Below are positions 29,245 to 32,000 of a DNA stretch of 32,000 bases, piece after piece. Under the pieces are notes generated by a model. The model searched no databases. It was not told the origin of the DNA and was given only the letters and a program-made list of their open reading frames with translations. Both the position numbers and the translations under genes were made by a program. Source of the stretch: Candidatus Electrothrix sp. GW3-4 (GTDB lineage: Bacteria > Desulfobacterota > Desulfobulbia > Desulfobulbales > Desulfobulbaceae). Numbering within the stretch: the first letter of the stretch is position 1; each line of letters starts with the position of its first letter. Location of the stretch: positions 780,001-812,000 of the forward strand of contig NZ_CP147990.1 of NCBI RefSeq assembly GCF_037902255.1. The letters run 5' to 3'.

Positions 29245-30393
29245 CGTTAGGGAAGAGGATACTGTCCAGGAGACCTTGAGTGTCTCCGAGCTGGTCCAGG
29301 ACTGAGTTACCTGTGTTGTTATCTCAGAGGGGCTGATAACGGCATAGGCTTCCTTCATAGGCTCGGAAAAGGTTACTGTCATTTCATCGGTGCAGCCAGC
29401 TATATCGGGTTTATCAACATTAACAATAGTTGGCGGAACTCCTTCAATTTCATCTTCAATAGCCTCTACACCATAGTAGACCCCGGCTCCGACAGCGGCC
29501 AGACCCAGCCCGATACCGACAACAGTGCCTGCGGAGATCCCTCCTCCGCTCTCAGCCGCAGGCTCAGACGGTTCGGCCTCCTCTGCTTCCTGCATTTTTT
29601 CACCTTCACTGCGGATCAAGCCCATGCCCTTCAGCTCCTGGAGTGCGTCTTTGGCTATCTCCAGATAGGGATCTTCCGTCAAGGCCTGATTATACATCTT
29701 GGCTGCCAGTTCGTACAGCCCTTGATCGGAGTACTCTATTCCCAGGAACAGGGCCAGCAGGGCCGGAGTGCTGGCAGACAGAGGCTGTTCCAGTTCGGTC
29801 TTTTTTTGCGGGGAAAGGGTAATCTGCAGAGAGTCAATGATATGAAAGAGAATCTCTTTCTCCAGCTGGAAGAGGTCAGCAAGCGCCCCTGCTGCTGTGG
29901 TTTGTCCGGCGATTTTGTCCAAGGGGATATCAAGAACGGATGAACTGATCTCAAGCTTTTCGTCCCGACCTTTGAGGATATCGCCGCTGGTCACCTTGGC
30001 AGCACCGAGCAGCCTGCCGACCTTGGGTACAGTCCCTGCATCCACCAGACCAGAGGAGCCCAGTTCCAGCTCATCCAGCAGGGCCTGCATCCTGACCCGT
30101 TCCACCACCCGGAGCTGCTCCACCTTGGCCAGATCTGTGATCAACATCACAGCCAGGCCTTTTTGCAGCGGTGAGAGTTTGTCTTGTCCTGATTTGTTGT
30201 TGAAGTAGAGCACGGCAAGGGAATTCGATGGGCTGGCCGCACCCTGGGTCGAAAGCGCTTTTTCCTGCTGGATGGCCTGCTTGGCCCAGTCGCGTTCCGT
30301 TTGGGTAACGACCTGGCTGGCCTGGGCAAGGGCTGCGCTGTAGAGCCAGATAAGCGTTGCAGCCGCTCCGCGAAAAAATGGGGTGTAGCTCAT
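29134..30393 (-). CDS. Paralog C of the CsgG/TolB-N-like - TM - variable C-terminus family
   Basis: The start at 30393 (MSYTPFF...) has a GAGGAGG ribosome-binding site. The N-terminal half is very close to paralog A at nucleotide level (for example 30060-30190 vs 27040-27170). TM segment: GTVVGIGLGLAAVGAGVYY. C-terminus: PPTIVNVDKPDIAGCTDEMTVTFSEPMKE. Confidence 0.75.
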   Translation of the reverse strand: MSYTPFFRGAAATLIWLYSAALAQASQVVTQTERDWAKQAIQQEKALSTQGAASPSNSLAVLYFNNKSGQDKLSPLQKGLAVMLITDLAKVEQLRVVERVRMQALLDELELGSSGLVDAGTVPKVGRLLGAAKVTSGDILKGRDEKLEISSSVLDIPLDKIAGQTTAAGALADLFQLEKEILFHIIDSLQITLSPQKKTELEQPLSASTPALLALFLGIEYSDQGLYELAAKMYNQALTEDPYLEIAKDALQELKGMGLIRSEGEKMQEAEEAEPSEPAAESGGGISAGTVVGIGLGLAAVGAGVYYGVEAIEDEIEGVPPTIVNVDKPDIAGCTDEMTVTFSEPMKEAYAVISPSEITTQVTQSWTSSETLKVSWTVSSSLTITIDVSNLRDTDDNALELPGDANPISFDITCQSLLM

Positions 30394-30495
30394 ATATTTC
30401 CTCCTCGATAGAAAAAAACAGGGTGGGTTGATACCGGAAAAGGTGAAACTCCTGCTTGTCTGAATACGCCTGGGTAACCACCTCATGAAAATAAA

Positions 30496-31056
30496 TCAGG
30501 GAAGCCGCTGGAGTGCTCTTGCTGCTAATTCCTTTGCCTGCGGCAAATTTTCTTTTGCAGTACCTGCGGTTATCTTGATGCTGAAATAATATCTTTTGCT
30601 CAGGACGTACAGCTCTCCGGTTGGAGCAGGCAAGCCGACAAGCCAATAGGCCTTTTCGCCAATGCCTTGCACAGGATCGCAGGAATCAAGGAGCGAGATC
30701 GGATTGTTGGGAGATTGCAGGGAAGCGATCAATTCGTTCAATGCCTGCGCTGCCTCTGAGGGATTTTTTTTGTCCTGGAGTTGGATGATCACAGAGCGGT
30801 TATCCTGCTTGCCATCAAGGGCGGCAAAATGACACTGGGTTGTTCCGGCCATGATGGAGCTTCCTGACAGTGCAAACAGATCAGCGAGATTGCCGTCTGT
30901 TACCTGAACGCCCGCTGTATCTTGAACCTCTTTTTTTGTGATTAATCCACAGGCATTCAGCTTGGTTGGCGTGTGAGGAGAGGCCAAGGCAAAGGCTGGG
31001 CAGGACAACCAGATGAGGGTTGCAACTGTGAAATGAAGAATTGGGGGGCGTTGCAT
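30496..31056 (-). CDS. Secreted hypothetical protein
   Basis: The start at 31056 (MQRPPILHF...) is preceded by GGGAGA. Signal peptide ATLIWLSCPAFALA. No recognisable domain. Confidence 0.55.
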   Translation of the reverse strand: MQRPPILHFTVATLIWLSCPAFALASPHTPTKLNACGLITKKEVQDTAGVQVTDGNLADLFALSGSSIMAGTTQCHFAALDGKQDNRSVIIQLQDKKNPSEAAQALNELIASLQSPNNPISLLDSCDPVQGIGEKAYWLVGLPAPTGELYVLSKRYYFSIKITAGTAKENLPQAKELAARALQRLP

Positions 31057-31285
31057 TCTTTTTTCTCCCATAGAGTTTCAAAGATAGTGGCGGGTGTAAA
31101 AAATTGTACAGCATCCTGTTTTTTTATTGTTCTACTCCAACAGGATGAAGGTGTCAATCCCGTCATTTTCATATTTTGTTCTAAGCGCAGGCTCATGGCC
31201 TCTTACCTGAAAGTGGTTGGCGAAGCCGACCAGGTTTCTTCCCTCCTTTATGAGGACGAGGAGAAAAGTGCTTCTCTTGAAGATC

Positions 31286-32000
31286 TTAGGAAGAACTGCC
31301 AAGTGCTTGGATCGGATCCATTGCCGCCGCCTTACGGGCCGGGTAGATCCCGAAGAACAGGCCAGTGAGAAGGGATATGCCCAGAGGAAGGGCGAGCAGG
31401 GGTATGGAAAATCCAATGGGCCAGCCGGTCAGCATACCAAGGCATAAAGAGAGAAGGATGCCGCAGAGAATACCTATAATTCCGCCAATAAGGGTGAGCA
31501 AGATAGCCTCGCCCAGGAATTGGAGGAGGATATGTTCCGGGCGGGCACCTACTGCCCGCCGGAGGCCTATCTCATGGATGCGTTCGGAGATATTGGCGAG
31601 CATGATATTCATAATGCCTATGCCGCCGACAAAGAGGGTGATAGCGCCGATGATGCCGAAGACCAGATTAAAGATGCCCTGGATTTTCCTGGCCTGGGCC
31701 AGCATTTCCAGGGGAATGATGAGCTGAAAGTCATTTACCCCGTTATGGGCCATATGCAGGCTTCGGCGGAGGAGGGCAGCACAGGGTTTGACCTGATCCG
31801 GCTGTTTAACCTCAATAAGGAGCTCGGTCAGGGGGGCTGCCTCCTCGCTGTTGCCTTCCAGGGTGTCCAGGGGAAAGAAGATGCTGTTATTGAGGTTCTG
31901 CATGGTGACCTTGCCTTGTTCCGTATTCAATGCATCCTGCCGGGCAAGGATGCCAATGACCAGGAACAATTGCTCACCAATGCGGATCTCCTGGTTAAGC
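31286..32000 (-). CDS. ABC transporter permease, FtsX/MacB/LolE-type, 5'-partial (N-terminus beyond window)
   Basis: C-terminal FtsX domain: GIGIMNIMLANISERIHEIGLRRAVGARPEHILLQFLGEAILLTLIGGIIGIL...IYPARKAAAMDPIQAL. The frame stays open to base 32000. Confidence 0.85.
   Translation of the reverse strand, partial: LNQEIRIGEQLFLVIGILARQDALNTEQGKVTMQNLNNSIFFPLDTLEGNSEEAAPLTELLIEVKQPDQVKPCAALLRRSLHMAHNGVNDFQLIIPLEMLAQARKIQGIFNLVFGIIGAITLFVGGIGIMNIMLANISERIHEIGLRRAVGARPEHILLQFLGEAILLTLIGGIIGILCGILLSLCLGMLTGWPIGFSIPLLALPLGISLLTGLFFGIYPARKAAAMDPIQALGSSS

Overview
Accessory-rich window, GC about 50% with several visibly AT-rich islands. Gene content suggests a Desulfobacterota/deltaproteobacterial-type chromosome, but that is a guess. 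All protein family calls come from motifs read by eye and need HMM confirmation.

Contents from left to right:
1. Tail of a T6SS cargo/adaptor module: pentapeptide-repeat, DUF3540-like and PAAR-like DUF4150 genes.
2. A 4.6-kb island bracketed by a direct duplication of the 5' end of the downstream FHA gene. It holds an orphan Rhs C-terminal tip with a WHH-type nuclease, a SUKH/SMI1 immunity gene, RelE/ParE-RHH and VapBC toxin-antitoxin pairs, a truncated Rpn nuclease gene and a shortened TIGR02270-like gene.
3. A co-directional run of an FHA-TM-lytic transglycosylase gene, two unrecognisable genes and a stand-alone cas6. This is followed by a 14-repeat CRISPR array (36-nt repeat, 13 spacers, two of them duplicated). 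No effector or adaptation genes are in the window.
4. Downstream of the array, two tandem AAA-ATPase/PD-(D/E)XK (PDDEXK_9-type) paralogs and one unrelated gene. Each is preceded by a leader-like stretch, a solitary degenerate CRISPR repeat and a conserved hairpin-bearing block. This is the most unusual structure in the window.
5. A 101-bp MITE present twice in inverted orientation. For one copy the empty site is visible in the paralogous unit.
6. An AT-rich cassette encoding a 4-TM protein.
7. A divergent FHA / PP2C - trypsin-like protease - Ser/Thr kinase(PEGA) - TPR - lipoprotein cluster.
8. Three tandem minus-strand paralogs with a CsgG/TolB-N-like periplasmic module and unrelated C-terminal domains, plus a recurring ~50-nt nested-hairpin element.
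9. A secreted hypothetical protein and a 5'-partial FtsX-type ABC permease at the right edge.
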